Assembly: GCA_038062175.1 (NCBI GenBank)
Contig: JBBTXR010000007.1
Coordinates: 1-60,775, forward strand
DNA length: 60,775 nt
Reading direction: 5' to 3'
From: Patescibacteria group bacterium
Lineage (GTDB): Bacteria > Patescibacteriota > Minisyncoccia > Phycocordibacterales > Phycocordibacteraceae
Positions 27,237 through 37,645 of this stretch are shown piece after piece; positions within the stretch are counted from its first letter, which is position 1; each line of letters begins with the position of its first letter. Under the pieces are notes generated by a model. The model saw only the letters and a list, made by a program, of their open reading frames with translations, did not search any database and was not told the DNA's origin. The translations under genes and the position numbers were made by a program.

Positions 27237-27353
27237 GGAGAATGTGGGGAAAGTCGCATCAAAGGCGAGTTCTTTTGCAGTACCTCGTAGCAGGAGCCAT
27301 CCCACATCAGGGCTCGCTCTATATTGGTAGCGAACGGGTCGTATACTAGAGCT

Positions 27354-28688
27354 ATGCTCACTCCAGGTTTTCTTGGGTCCCGGCTCGCAACCGCGCTGTG
27401 GATCGTTGTCTTGCTCGCTATCGGTCTTCTTCTATCGCTGTATGTGTACCGCGAGGTAGATCAGACAGGACGGGCACATATCGTAGATCGTGCTGCGACT
27501 CTTGCTGCTGCGATTTCTCCCGAGCAACTGTCAGCGCTTTCTGGTAGCGAAGCGGATCTTGGTACCGCGTCCTATGAATCCCTCAAGCAGCTTCTCATGG
27601 AGGTGCGCTCGGTTAACTCCGACGTGCGTTTCATCTATCTCATCGGTAGGGAGGACACCAGCGATCTATTCTTCTTCGTCGACTCGGAACCTGCTGACTC
27701 AGAGGACTATTCACCACCCGGTCAGATATATGCCGAAGCAACGCCTGCAATGCATGCGCTCTTTACGGATAGTCGCTCGAGAACCGAGGGACCTGATCGT
27801 GACCGTTGGGGTGTATGGATCTCAGGTTACGCGCCAGTCACAGGCGAAAACGGCCAGGTCGTCGCACTTCTTGGTATTGATCTGCCCGCTGACGACTACC
27901 TCACGAACCTCATCATCTACTCCGCGCTCCCATTCCTTGCCTCCCTCGTCCTCGTACTCCTCTTCCTTCTCATGAGTCGAGCACACAAGGAGACTGAGCG
28001 TCGTCTCGAGCAAAAAGCCGAGTTCTTGTCTATTGCATCCCATGAACTACGCACCCCGCTCACCGGCGTGCGCTGGGCCGTGGAGGGACTACTTCGTGAT
28101 ACGCGTCTGCCTGAAGACGATCGCTCGCTTTTGACGATGGTGCACTCTAATCTCGTGGGACTCATCGCCCGCATTAATAATTTCCTCGATGTATCGGCGA
28201 TTGAAAGTCGCAAGCATCGCGCGCTCGTTAAAGAGCCGCTCAGCATCCGGCTCCTATTTACTGAGCTTGCCGAAAGCCTCACTCTTTCTGCAAAGCAGCG
28301 TAGTGTCACGATCGTCCTCGACCCTTCAATCACGAAGGCTGGTTCATTCGTCGCTGACCGTCAGATGATGCATCATGCGTTCTTTAACCTGCTCGCAAAC
28401 GCGGTGAAGTACACAAACGAAGGCACGACCGTCGACATCTCCTACGAAGCAAGTCCTCAGGAACATCGCTTCCACATCACAGACCACGGAGCAGGTATTA
28501 AAGAAGAAGACCGACGAAAAATATTCGAAGGATATAAGCGACTGCGTGCGGCAATCCGTTCAGGCGAGCCTGGGTCGGGTCTCGGACTCTACCTCACCAA
28601 GCGCGCAGTCACACTCCACGGAGGTACGGTGGAAGTTTCGTCAGCACCCGGAGCCGGCGCAACCTTTACGGTGCGCCTTCCGCAGTAG
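27354..28688 (+). CDS. Sensor histidine kinase with an extracytoplasmic sensor domain
   Basis: 2 TM helices flank a PDC/Cache-like domain. H-box SIASHELRTPL, N-box NLLANAVKYT and G-box GSGLGLYL. TATACT (27342-27347) lies 6 nt upstream of the ATG. Confidence 0.85.
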   Translation: MLTPGFLGSRLATALWIVVLLAIGLLLSLYVYREVDQTGRAHIVDRAATLAAAISPEQLSALSGSEADLGTASYESLKQLLMEVRSVNSDVRFIYLIGREDTSDLFFFVDSEPADSEDYSPPGQIYAEATPAMHALFTDSRSRTEGPDRDRWGVWISGYAPVTGENGQVVALLGIDLPADDYLTNLIIYSALPFLASLVLVLLFLLMSRAHKETERRLEQKAEFLSIASHELRTPLTGVRWAVEGLLRDTRLPEDDRSLLTMVHSNLVGLIARINNFLDVSAIESRKHRALVKEPLSIRLLFTELAESLTLSAKQRSVTIVLDPSITKAGSFVADRQMMHHAFFNLLANAVKYTNEGTTVDISYEASPQEHRFHITDHGAGIKEEDRRKIFEGYKRLRAAIRSGEPGSGLGLYLTKRAVTLHGGTVEVSSAPGAGATFTVRLPQ

Positions 28689-29076
28689 CGCGCGGCGAAA
28701 GTCCGAGCTTGGTCTCGACAACTTTTACCACTACATCGATCTGATTGTCTGACTTAAGGAGATAGGCAAGCGCACCCTTGTCCATCGCGCGTGCGACCGT
28801 GCCGATGTCGTCTGAGGTGGTGAGCATGATGAAGGGGATGTGCTTTTCAGGCCACTGTGCCATCGCATACTCAAGCACCTCAATACCATCAAGTTTCGGA
28901 AGTATGATGTCACAGAGCACGACGTCTGGTGTTTCGTGGTCGAGTGCTTTAACGGCTTCTTCGCCGTCAGCAGCTGCGGTCACAGCATACCCAGCTTCAG
29001 TAAACTGCCGCGCAAGGCTTGCACGCATTAGTCCGTCGTCTTCAACAATCAGGATGGATTTTGGGGAATGGCTCAT
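28666..29076 (-). CDS. Single-domain (CheY-like) response regulator
   Basis: ILIVEDDGLMR, phospho-Asp in VVLCDIILP, and the conserved Thr and Lys. No output domain. Its 3' end overlaps the kinase gene by 23 nt. Confidence 0.8.
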   Translation of the reverse strand: MSHSPKSILIVEDDGLMRASLARQFTEAGYAVTAAADGEEAVKALDHETPDVVLCDIILPKLDGIEVLEYAMAQWPEKHIPFIMLTTSDDIGTVARAMDKGALAYLLKSDNQIDVVVKVVETKLGLSPRATAEGAP

Positions 29077-29130
29077 ATACCCCTAGTGTACACCCGCGCT
29101 TGGAGGGTGATATGCGAGGTAGGTAGTAGT

Positions 29131-32100
29131 CTACTCGACTACGGTCAAACGCGTATCGTTTTGTGCAAATCGCGCCTTCACCTCTTTACCCGGCCACCTA
29201 TGGTAGAGGACGGGGATGAGAACAAGGGTGAGCACCATGGAGAAGGCAAGTCCGAACATAATCGCAAAGGCGAGTGGTCCCCAGAGCGCTGAAGCAAATG
29301 AGAGCGGGATCATACCCACGACCGTCACGACGGTTGTAAGAACGATCGGACGGAAGCGCGAAGACGCGGCCGCTACCACCACATCGGTGAGGGTCTGGTC
29401 GGGGTTACTCTTTCCGATACGTGCGATCGAATCCATGAGAATGATGGCATGATTAATGATCACACCGGCAAGAGCGATCACGCCGAGCATGGATGGGAAG
29501 GAAAGCGGCTGACCCGTGATCATAAGACCCACAAGCACACCGATGAGTGAGAGCGGAATAATAGAAAGAAGGTAGAGGGAGTGTCGGAAGGAGTTGAACT
29601 CAAGGACGAGGATACCGAGCATGAGCGCAGCTCCTGCAAGAAGTGCGATACCCATCTCCGCAAACGACTGGTTCACATCCTCGCTTTCGCCAGCGACTTT
29701 CATGGTCACGCCACTCGGAAGCTCAGCCGCTTCCATGGCTTCCATAAACTGCGTGGTTGCGGTGTATGCGTTGCCACCTGCGCCTACCTCAGCCGAGATA
29801 CTTGCCACACGCTCACCATCCTCATGCCGGATCACCGCGTTAGCAGGTGCGTACTCAATGCGGGCAATAGAAACAAGTGGAACTGGGCCCCTGGCACCGG
29901 GCACCGTAAGCTCACGCACCGCATCAATTGTTGCGTGCGTTGTCTCATGTGGCTCGCGCCATCCAGGATTTAGGTCAAGGCGAGTCTCGACTTCGATGTC
30001 ATCAGTTCCTGTTCGGATGTCGGTCGCCTTTGCTCCAAAGAGTGCGGTGCGAAGCGTGTCGGCTACAGCAATAGGTGACACACCCAGTTCGGTTGCGCGT
30101 GCGGTATCCAAATGGATCACGAACTCACCACCATCGTCTTTCATGGTGGTCGTGATGTTAGTGACGCCCGGGATGTCGGCGATCACGCGCTGAGCAATCT
30201 CAAGCGTGCGAGAGAGATCAGCAAGATCGTCTCCCGCAAAGGTCACCGAGATAGGAGCTCCTGAGGGAGGTCCACCTGCCGGTGCGGTTACGGTCACATC
30301 CGCAGAGGTGACAACGGAAAGCTCCTTGCGCAGATCCTCCACGATCTCCTGACTCGTCTGGTCACGGTCTTCTTTAAGATTCACGGTGATGTTTGCGATG
30401 TTGCCGCCACCTCCGCCTCCCGATGCACCAAACGCGCTTGCGGCACCCACCTCAGATACGAAGGATGCAATACGAGGATCGTCGTAGAGCATTTCCTCAA
30501 CTTCACGGACCGATAGGTCGGTGTCAGTGAGTGAGGTGCCGGCTGGACGCTCCACTTCTACGTAAATAAATTCCATGTCCTCCTCAGGGAAGAACACCAC
30601 CTTCACGGCACCCACCATCGGCAGAAGCAAGGAGAGGAGGAAGAGTCCGAGCATGAGCCAAAGGAAATGGTTCTCCTTCTTCTTGTCGCCTAGGATGCGA
30701 CGGAGGAATCCTTCGTACCAGTGCTTGGCGATTTCGTTGTATCGCTCCTGGCGCGCCTCCATCTTCGACATAGAGCGCGTGATCGTGTACATCGCAAGAA
30801 GCGGCACGAGTCCAAGTGCAACGAAAATGGAAGCAAGGAGCACGAAGATCACGGTAAACGGAATCGATGCGACGAACTTACCCATGATTCCTGAAAGGAA
30901 GAAGAGGGGAACGAATACGGCGACGGTCGTCATGGTGCCGGCGAAAAGCGGCCAGGCATATTCCTTAATCGCCATGATCGCTGCACGCTTCTTGTCACCG
31001 TACTCAATCAGTCGGGTATGGATTGCTTCCACCACCACGATGCCCGAGTCCACCAAGATACCGATGGCGAGAATAAGCGAGAAGAGCGAGATGAAGTTGA
31101 TAGTGTTGCCAGAGTACGCCAGACCAATAAAGGCGATAAGGAAGGAAAGCGGAATGGAAGCGGCAGCCACCAGTGACTCCCTCCATCCAAGCGTAAGAAG
31201 AAGCATGATCACCACGAGCGCGACCGTCTCAAGTCCGACACGGGTGAGTTCGGTCAGGTCATGCTCCACATCCTTTGCGGCGTCGTATGAAATGACGGTG
31301 CGGGTACCGGCAAGTGGTCCGTCACCCATCTCTTTGATCTTCTCCTTGATGGCGTCGCCCGTCTCGACGATGTTCCCGCCACGGCTTTTGAATACCGAAA
31401 GAGTAAGGGCAGGTGACGATGGTTCACCAGCAACGGAGACGCGTGAGTAGGTTCGAGGGTCCTCAAGACCGTCTACGATGGTGGCGACATCACGAACGCG
31501 GATCACGCTTCCGCCAGGACCCTGGAGTGCAACCGCACCCACCGCAGCAGCATTAGTCACCCCCGCCTCAAGACGAACTGCGTATGAAATATCGTTAACG
31601 GTGATGGAACCGAGCGGTGAGGCAAGTCCGGATGCACGGATGGCATTAGTGACGTCAGAGAGCGCAAGGCCATACTGGCGGAGCTTGGTCTGCTCAACCA
31701 CCACCTGAATTTCGCGTGCGCGTACACCAGACGTCTGCACGTTTGAGACACCCGGAATACGCTCGAGTTCGTTCTCAAGCTCCTCACCAAGCGCGGTGAG
31801 TTCTGCGGGAGCAAGGTCTCCTGAGATCGAGGCGATCATGATCGGCTGATCGGCAAAGTTCACATCGGTCACGACCGAATCCTCTGCCTCAGGAGGAAGC
31901 TCGCCCTGTACCTTATCTACCTCGTCTTTAAGAAGCTGGATCGACTTATCGATATCTGCCTGCGCCTCGAACTCAACGGTGACAGAAGAGACACCGGCAC
32001 CGGACGTTGAGGTGACTTTCGACACGCGCTCAACCCCAAGCACGCGATCCTCGATCTTGTCGGTGACGAGGCGCTCAATGTCTTCGGCGGACGCACCCGG

Positions 32101-32256
32101 CAAGACCGTCGTCACAATGCCCATAGGAATCTGGACCTCAGGAGAAGACTCCTTAGGGATCATGAGTGCTGCGAAGATACCGCCAGCCATCAGCACGATC
32201 GCAAGCAGGATCGTGAAGTGATGCTTCTCGATGAAGAAGGTCCAGAATCGCGTCAT
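29131..32256 (-). CDS. RND efflux transporter permease (AcrB/HAE family)
   Basis: 1041 aa with the 12-TM architecture and two large loops. Typical N-terminus FFIEKHHFTILLAIVLMAGGIFAL. Confidence 0.9.
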   Translation of the reverse strand: MTRFWTFFIEKHHFTILLAIVLMAGGIFAALMIPKESSPEVQIPMGIVTTVLPGASAEDIERLVTDKIEDRVLGVERVSKVTSTSGAGVSSVTVEFEAQADIDKSIQLLKDEVDKVQGELPPEAEDSVVTDVNFADQPIMIASISGDLAPAELTALGEELENELERIPGVSNVQTSGVRAREIQVVVEQTKLRQYGLALSDVTNAIRASGLASPLGSITVNDISYAVRLEAGVTNAAAVGAVALQGPGGSVIRVRDVATIVDGLEDPRTYSRVSVAGEPSSPALTLSVFKSRGGNIVETGDAIKEKIKEMGDGPLAGTRTVISYDAAKDVEHDLTELTRVGLETVALVVIMLLLTLGWRESLVAAASIPLSFLIAFIGLAYSGNTINFISLFSLILAIGILVDSGIVVVEAIHTRLIEYGDKKRAAIMAIKEYAWPLFAGTMTTVAVFVPLFFLSGIMGKFVASIPFTVIFVLLASIFVALGLVPLLAMYTITRSMSKMEARQERYNEIAKHWYEGFLRRILGDKKKENHFLWLMLGLFLLSLLLPMVGAVKVVFFPEEDMEFIYVEVERPAGTSLTDTDLSVREVEEMLYDDPRIASFVSEVGAASAFGASGGGGGGNIANITVNLKEDRDQTSQEIVEDLRKELSVVTSADVTVTAPAGGPPSGAPISVTFAGDDLADLSRTLEIAQRVIADIPGVTNITTTMKDDGGEFVIHLDTARATELGVSPIAVADTLRTALFGAKATDIRTGTDDIEVETRLDLNPGWREPHETTHATIDAVRELTVPGARGPVPLVSIARIEYAPANAVIRHEDGERVASISAEVGAGGNAYTATTQFMEAMEAAELPSGVTMKVAGESEDVNQSFAEMGIALLAGAALMLGILVLEFNSFRHSLYLLSIIPLSLIGVLVGLMITGQPLSFPSMLGVIALAGVIINHAIILMDSIARIGKSNPDQTLTDVVVAAASSRFRPIVLTTVVTVVGMIPLSFASALWGPLAFAIMFGLAFSMVLTLVLIPVLYHRWPGKEVKARFAQNDTRLTVVE

Positions 32257-32259
32257 AGA

Positions 32260-33846
32260 TTATTCCTTTACGCGGACCCGCTCACCGTCAGACAAGCCGC
32301 GTGCGTCTTTGACAATGCGCAGTTCTGCGGAAAGGGGAGTGCGAATCTCGATACGGTCGCCGCGTACGTCACCGATCTCAACAGGCATGGCAACCAAGCG
32401 ACCCTCTTCGTTTACGGTAAACACAATGCGCTCGTCAGCACGGAGCTTCACTGCTGAAAGCGGAAGCAATACGGGACCTTCCGTCTCTAGGGTTGCGGCA
32501 ACTGCGTTTGGAAGTGCGATGCGAACGGACTGACCGTTCACGAGTTCGCTCTCACCCTCAACGGCAATATGCACCTCGATCTGTTTGGTCACTGGATCAA
32601 GTGCAGGCGAGATGGAGGTCACTACGCCAGGTGTTGCGTCCTCAATCGTGACCTCGGTACCTGCGGCAAGCAGGTCACGGTCATCCTCACTCACATATGC
32701 AACGATCTCAAGCGCGTTGTTACGCGCTACGGTCGCGACATGGGTAAAGGACGTGACATAGTCACCAACGCGGATAGGGAGGAAGTTCACCGTTCCGGCA
32801 ATCGGTGCGCGGACGATGGTCTTCTCAAGCTGTGCCTGTGCAGCACGAAGTACACCAAGCGCGGTTTTGACCTGCGCGTCGGCGCTCGATACCTGGCCGT
32901 TCTGGCTTTCGCTCTGGCGAGAACCAACGGTTGCTGCAGTGCGTGCAGCACGGAGCTGATCGCGTTCAGCGGAAATGGTCGCAAGGAGGCTGTCAGCGGT
33001 TGCACGTGCTGAAGCAATATTTCCCTTCTGGGTTGCTGTTGCACCTGAGTTCGCCTGTGCGGCCGCTCGCGATAGTTCCACCAAGAACGCCGAGAGACGC
33101 TGTACAACAACCTCTGACTCACTCAATAGGGTCTCAGGATTCTTCGAATCTGCGGAGTCAAGCGCCCGCCGCCAGGTAGTAAGCTCTGTGCGGCGCAAGG
33201 CCGAATACTCCTCCGACATGCGCGGACCCGATCCGGTATTGAGAAGCAGACCTGGTGTAATCGATGTGCCTCCAAAGACACTCTGTATTTCGATGGTGAG
33301 AAGGCTGTCGATGGTGGTAAAGGCTGTGCGGTACGTGTTACGTGCCGAACGCTCCGCTTCTTCAAGCGACTCCTCTGAGCTACCTGCCTGGGCACGAGTG
33401 ATTGATCGAGCGGCTAGTGCTGACTCGTAGGAACCTTCTGCCTGAAGCACAGACGCTCGCTCGCTGGCGTTTTCAAGCTCAGCGATAATTGCACCTGCGC
33501 CGACCGACTGGCCGATCGCAGTATGTACGCGACGCACGGTGCCGCCTGACTGCGCAAGAATGTCTGCCTCAGTAACTGAGCGGACAGAACCGATGATAGA
33601 AACGTTGCTTCCGTTGCCGGAGAGTTCGCTCACGGTCTGGAGCGTTACGGTGCGCTGCTGATTGGCAAGATCGCTTGCCGGATCACGGCGAAGAAAGACA
33701 ATAAGAGCGACCAGAAGGGCAATAAGAATGAGCGCAATGACAATCTGCTGCCAGCGCTTTCGTCCCCGATACCACGACCAGGTCCGTGCGGAGAACGCAC
33801 GAACCTTCTGCGCCGCCTGGCGCCCCATAGCTACAATCCTTTGCAT
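32260..33846 (-). CDS. Efflux periplasmic adaptor (membrane fusion protein) with a long coiled-coil hairpin
   Basis: N-terminal TM, lipoyl/barrel motifs (GGTVRRVHTAIGQSVGAGAIIAELE ... APIAGTVNFL) and an extended alpha-hairpin. Confidence 0.8.
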   Translation of the reverse strand: MQRIVAMGRQAAQKVRAFSARTWSWYRGRKRWQQIVIALILIALLVALIVFLRRDPASDLANQQRTVTLQTVSELSGNGSNVSIIGSVRSVTEADILAQSGGTVRRVHTAIGQSVGAGAIIAELENASERASVLQAEGSYESALAARSITRAQAGSSEESLEEAERSARNTYRTAFTTIDSLLTIEIQSVFGGTSITPGLLLNTGSGPRMSEEYSALRRTELTTWRRALDSADSKNPETLLSESEVVVQRLSAFLVELSRAAAQANSGATATQKGNIASARATADSLLATISAERDQLRAARTAATVGSRQSESQNGQVSSADAQVKTALGVLRAAQAQLEKTIVRAPIAGTVNFLPIRVGDYVTSFTHVATVARNNALEIVAYVSEDDRDLLAAGTEVTIEDATPGVVTSISPALDPVTKQIEVHIAVEGESELVNGQSVRIALPNAVAATLETEGPVLLPLSAVKLRADERIVFTVNEEGRLVAMPVEIGDVRGDRIEIRTPLSAELRIVKDARGLSDGERVRVKE

Positions 33847-33854
33847 ATATCCGT

Positions 33855-33883
33855 ATTCTATATCACTTTTGTCAATATGTCAA
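33855..33883 (-). promoter_or_regulatory. Promoter of the MFP-RND-CheY operon
   Basis: On the minus strand: TTGACA (33878-33883), 17-nt spacer, TAGAAT (33855-33860), then ATG 8 nt downstream. A second TTGACA copy sits at 33870-33875. Confidence 0.6.
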
Positions 33884-33955
33884 TTTGTGGGTTATTGACG
33901 GCTTCTACTACTATCTACATGGATTTGAGCGCGTAATCAGGCGACAATAGAAGGT

Positions 33956-36673
33956 ATGCAAGATATGCGTTTCTACGCGGCAGACGAACATGCGCTACGG
34001 GCGCGCTTTGGGGTGGGCGAGAAGGGACTGGCCGCAACCGATGCGGCCGATCGACTCGCGACCTACGGGAAAAACGCGCTTCCGGAAGCACGCCCCACGG
34101 CGCTCCCCGTCATATTCCTCCGACAGTTTGCGAGCCCGCTCATTTACGTACTCCTTGCGGCGGCTGCAATCATCTACCTCACCGAAGAACCGGTAGATGC
34201 GTACATCATTCTGGCCATCCTCGTCTTCAACGCGATCATCGGCACCATCCAAGAAGGAAAGGCACAGGACACACTTCGTGCCCTCCGCTCCTTTGCAACC
34301 ACGAGCGCGACGGTGCTTCGCGACGGTGTGGAGATACTCGTGCCAGACGCAGAAATCGTACCGGGTGACGTCCTCCTTCTTTCGGAAGGGGGGAAGGTGC
34401 CTGCTGACGCGCGCATTATAGGAAGTCGTGGACTCAGGATTGATGAGTCAGCACTCACGGGAGAATCAGAACCCGTTGAAAAGACCTCTGCACTTTTGGC
34501 CGACACTGATCTTACTCTTGGGGATCAGGTGAACATGGCGTTCAAGGGAACGAACGTGGTCGCAGGAAGCGGGCACGCCATCGTTATTGCAACGGGAGGT
34601 GAGACTGCGCTTGGAAAGATTGCGACGCAGATCAAGGCTGTTGCAACTGAGATTCCGCTCCAGGCAACGATCCGTCGCTTGTCTCGCGCCATCATCATTG
34701 TGGTTGCGGTGATAAGTGCTCTCATCTTTGTGCTCGGTCTTTCACTTGGGTACGAAGCAGCTGCCATGTTTTCGACCGTGGTCTCACTCGCTGTCTCCGT
34801 GATCCCGGAAGGTCTTCCGATTGTTATGACACTCGTGCTTGCGTCGGGGGTCTGGCGCATGAGTAAGCGGCACGCACTGGTGAAAAACCTTCAGGCAGTG
34901 GAGGCGCTCGGTCAGGCAAGCGTGATTGCGGTTGATAAGACCGGCACTATTACTAAAAACGAGATGATCGTTGAGAAGGTGTATGCCGAGGGCACACTCT
35001 TTGCAGTTTCAGGCGAAGGGTATGATCCAACCGGCAGCATCACTCTGGATGGGGAGGTAGTAGTGCCTGGCAATCATCCGGAGCTTCTTTCTGCCGGAAG
35101 GATTTCGGCATACACCGCTAGCGCACGCGTGGTGTGGAGTGAGGAGAAGAAACTATTCAGTGTTGCAGGAGACCCAACTGAGGCGGCACTCATCGTGCTA
35201 GCGCAGAAGCTTGGCTTTAAAAAGGAAGACCTTGAGCGAGAGTCACCACCGATCGCTGAGCTTCCGTTCACCTCGTCACTTCGTTTCCATGCAGCAACGC
35301 ATGCGGGTATGCGCGGCGGTGCGCTTTCGGTCGTCGGCGCACCCGAGCACCTTCTTGCTCGTGCAACGCATATTCGTAAGGAGGGGAAGACGCATGTCCT
35401 AACCGAGAAGATGCGAGACGAACTCGATACGCTTATGCGCACCCTCTCGTCTGAGGGTCTTCGTGTGCTTGCGTATGCCGAGCGAGTGGGTGTAGGTGCA
35501 AACCTCTCTCCGGAGACGGTCACCGACCTCACCTTCCTTGGCTTCATTGGTATGAAGGACGGACTCAAGTCCGAAGTCCCCGCGGCACTCGCTAAGGCGC
35601 AGGCTGCCGGCATCCGTGTCGTCATGATCACGGGTGACCATGTCGTAACGGCAGAAGCCGTTGCACGAGAAGCAGGGATCTTTAAGGAAGGGAATCGGGT
35701 GATCTCGGGCACCGAGCTTGATTCGCTCTCAGATGTCAAGCTTCGCGGTGCGCTTGCAGACGTTGCGGTGTTTGCGCGTGTCACTCCCGAGCACAAGCTT
35801 CGTATCATTCAGGCGTATCGTGCGAACGGACACACGATTGCGATGACGGGTGATGGTATTAATGACGCGCCGTCCTTGGTGGCTGCTGACCTTGGAGTAG
35901 CGATGGGGAAAATTGGTACTGAAGTAGCTAAGGAAGCAGCTGACATCGTGCTTTTGGATGATGACTTTGGTTCGATTGTGTCTGCGGTTGAGGAGGGTCG
36001 CGGTATCTACCAAAACATCCGCCGCGTTGCGCTCTATCTTTTCTCAACGTCAGCTGGTGAGACGCTCACCATCATTGGGGCACTTGTTGCAAAGCTGCCA
36101 GTGCCTGTGCTTCCCGCTCAGATCATCTGGCTCAACTTTGTCACCGACGGATTCCTTGATATCGCGCTTGCGATGGAGCCGAAAGAGAAGAATCTTTTGA
36201 CGCGTCCGTTTAAAAAGCCAGGGAAGTATCTCCTCGATTCTTCCATGACGCTTCGCATGACGCTGATGGCTTCAACGATGGCGGCGGTTACGCTTCCACT
36301 CTTTGCCTTCTTCCTCGCAAGTCAGGGTATCGAAAAGGCACTCACCATTTCGCTCACCTGTCTTGCGGTCATGCAGTGGTACAACGCCTGGAATTGTCGC
36401 TCTGAGACCCGGTCACTCTTTACGATGAATCCGTTCAGTAACCTCTACCTCATCGGTGCAACAATCATTGTCGTACTTCTCCAGATCGTTGCGGTGTACC
36501 ATCCGTTCTTCCAGGCCTTCCTGCACACGGTCCCGCTCTCACTCGTTGAGTGGCAGCTCGTTCTTGTTGCCGGTCTCCCAATCATCTTCTTTGAGGAGCT
36601 CAGGAAGCTTGCCGTGCGATTTGAGAAACCACGCTCCGTTAATTCTGCCTTCACCCCTCTTGCTCAACACTAG
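33956..36673 (+). CDS. P-type cation-transporting ATPase (type II, Ca2+/Mg2+-like)
   Basis: DKTGTITKN phosphorylation motif, PEGLP, TGES, MITGDH and MTGDGINDAPSL. 10-TM layout. Confidence 0.9.
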   Translation: MQDMRFYAADEHALRARFGVGEKGLAATDAADRLATYGKNALPEARPTALPVIFLRQFASPLIYVLLAAAAIIYLTEEPVDAYIILAILVFNAIIGTIQEGKAQDTLRALRSFATTSATVLRDGVEILVPDAEIVPGDVLLLSEGGKVPADARIIGSRGLRIDESALTGESEPVEKTSALLADTDLTLGDQVNMAFKGTNVVAGSGHAIVIATGGETALGKIATQIKAVATEIPLQATIRRLSRAIIIVVAVISALIFVLGLSLGYEAAAMFSTVVSLAVSVIPEGLPIVMTLVLASGVWRMSKRHALVKNLQAVEALGQASVIAVDKTGTITKNEMIVEKVYAEGTLFAVSGEGYDPTGSITLDGEVVVPGNHPELLSAGRISAYTASARVVWSEEKKLFSVAGDPTEAALIVLAQKLGFKKEDLERESPPIAELPFTSSLRFHAATHAGMRGGALSVVGAPEHLLARATHIRKEGKTHVLTEKMRDELDTLMRTLSSEGLRVLAYAERVGVGANLSPETVTDLTFLGFIGMKDGLKSEVPAALAKAQAAGIRVVMITGDHVVTAEAVAREAGIFKEGNRVISGTELDSLSDVKLRGALADVAVFARVTPEHKLRIIQAYRANGHTIAMTGDGINDAPSLVAADLGVAMGKIGTEVAKEAADIVLLDDDFGSIVSAVEEGRGIYQNIRRVALYLFSTSAGETLTIIGALVAKLPVPVLPAQIIWLNFVTDGFLDIALAMEPKEKNLLTRPFKKPGKYLLDSSMTLRMTLMASTMAAVTLPLFAFFLASQGIEKALTISLTCLAVMQWYNAWNCRSETRSLFTMNPFSNLYLIGATIIVVLLQIVAVYHPFFQAFLHTVPLSLVEWQLVLVAGLPIIFFEELRKLAVRFEKPRSVNSAFTPLAQH

Positions 36674-36678
36674 GGGTA

Positions 36679-37557
36679 ATGAAGAATAAGAAGATCGAGC
36701 AGAAAGCAAAGATCCCTCCTCAAAAGCAGGATGCACAACCAGGACGCACGGCGCCCATGCATCCGCTGCCGGAAGATAAGATGGAGTGCTACGAGGGAAG
36801 TGGGAAGCTTGCCGGCAAGATCGCTCTTATCACGGGAGGTGATAGTGGGATCGGTCGCGCTACTGCAATTGCGTTTGCGAAAGAAGGCGCTTCCATTGCG
36901 ATCATTTACCTCAACGAGGACGATGACGCGAAAGAAACTGCGCACCACATCGAGGATGCGGCAGGGGAGGGACAGGTAACGCTACTCCGTGCTGACATCG
37001 GAAAGCCTGCAGTCGCAAAGCGCGTAGTAGAGCAGATTGTTAAACGACTCGGTGGACTCGATATTCTCGTGAATAACGCAGCGGAGCAGCATCCTCAGCA
37101 ATCCCTGACTGATATCACGCCCGATCAACTTGAACGCACGTTCCGTACGAACGTATTTGGTATGTTCTATATGACGCAGGCGGCACTGAAGTATATGAAG
37201 CCCGGAAGCGTGATCATCAACACCACCTCAGTCACAGCCTATAAGGGAAGTGAGGATCTTATCGACTACTCCGCAACTAAGGGCGCGATCGTATCTTTTA
37301 CTCGTTCACTCTCACAATCACTTGCCGAGAAAAAGATCCGCGTGAACGCGGTTGCTCCTGGTCCTATCTGGACACCTCTCATCCCCGCATCGTTTTCAAA
37401 AGAGAAGGTGGGGAAGTTCGGGCAGAACACTACGCTCGGACGTCCGGGTCATCCCGATGAGATTGCGCCGTCGTTTGTGTTCCTTGCCTCAGATGATTCG
37501 TCCTACATGACAGGACAGGTGCTGCATCCTAATGGCGGGACGATTGTGAATGGGTAA
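36679..37557 (+). CDS. SDR-family oxidoreductase (YghA/YhxC-like)
   Basis: LITGGDSGIGRA cofactor motif, NNAA and the YxxxK catalytic motif (YSATKGA). The N-terminal extension is as in YghA. Confidence 0.85.
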   Translation: MKNKKIEQKAKIPPQKQDAQPGRTAPMHPLPEDKMECYEGSGKLAGKIALITGGDSGIGRATAIAFAKEGASIAIIYLNEDDDAKETAHHIEDAAGEGQVTLLRADIGKPAVAKRVVEQIVKRLGGLDILVNNAAEQHPQQSLTDITPDQLERTFRTNVFGMFYMTQAALKYMKPGSVIINTTSVTAYKGSEDLIDYSATKGAIVSFTRSLSQSLAEKKIRVNAVAPGPIWTPLIPASFSKEKVGKFGQNTTLGRPGHPDEIAPSFVFLASDDSSYMTGQVLHPNGGTIVNG

Positions 37558-37645
37558 ATGTTCGATGCCTTGTCTTACTAGAGAAGATTGACGCTATTTA
37601 TATATAATAGTACAGTTTATTGAGCCAAACGCAGTGGAGCCTTCA

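Noticed and set aside
29594-31450. Two long plus-strand ORFs (199 aa and 291 aa) inside the RND pump gene
   Set aside because: They are antisense to a 1041-aa RND transporter with clear family features. Their translations are low-complexity Ser/Ala/Arg-rich.
33870-33899. Two direct TGTCAAT copies plus an inverted ATTGAC, considered as a regulator binding array
   Set aside because: The copy at 33878-33883 is the TTGACA -35 box of the minus-strand MFP-RND promoter, at exactly 17 nt from TAGAAT. The others look like alternative or divergent -35 boxes. An operator role cannot be excluded, but it is not needed to explain them.
35074-35808. 244-aa ORF antisense to the P-type ATPase gene
   Set aside because: It lies entirely inside a confidently identified gene on the other strand. 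The product is Ser/Arg/Ala/Thr-rich low complexity, typical of antisense frames in GC-rich coding DNA.
37589-37612. TTGACG followed by TATAAT upstream of the receiver gene
   Set aside because: The spacer is only 9 nt, so the two boxes cannot form one sigma-70 promoter.
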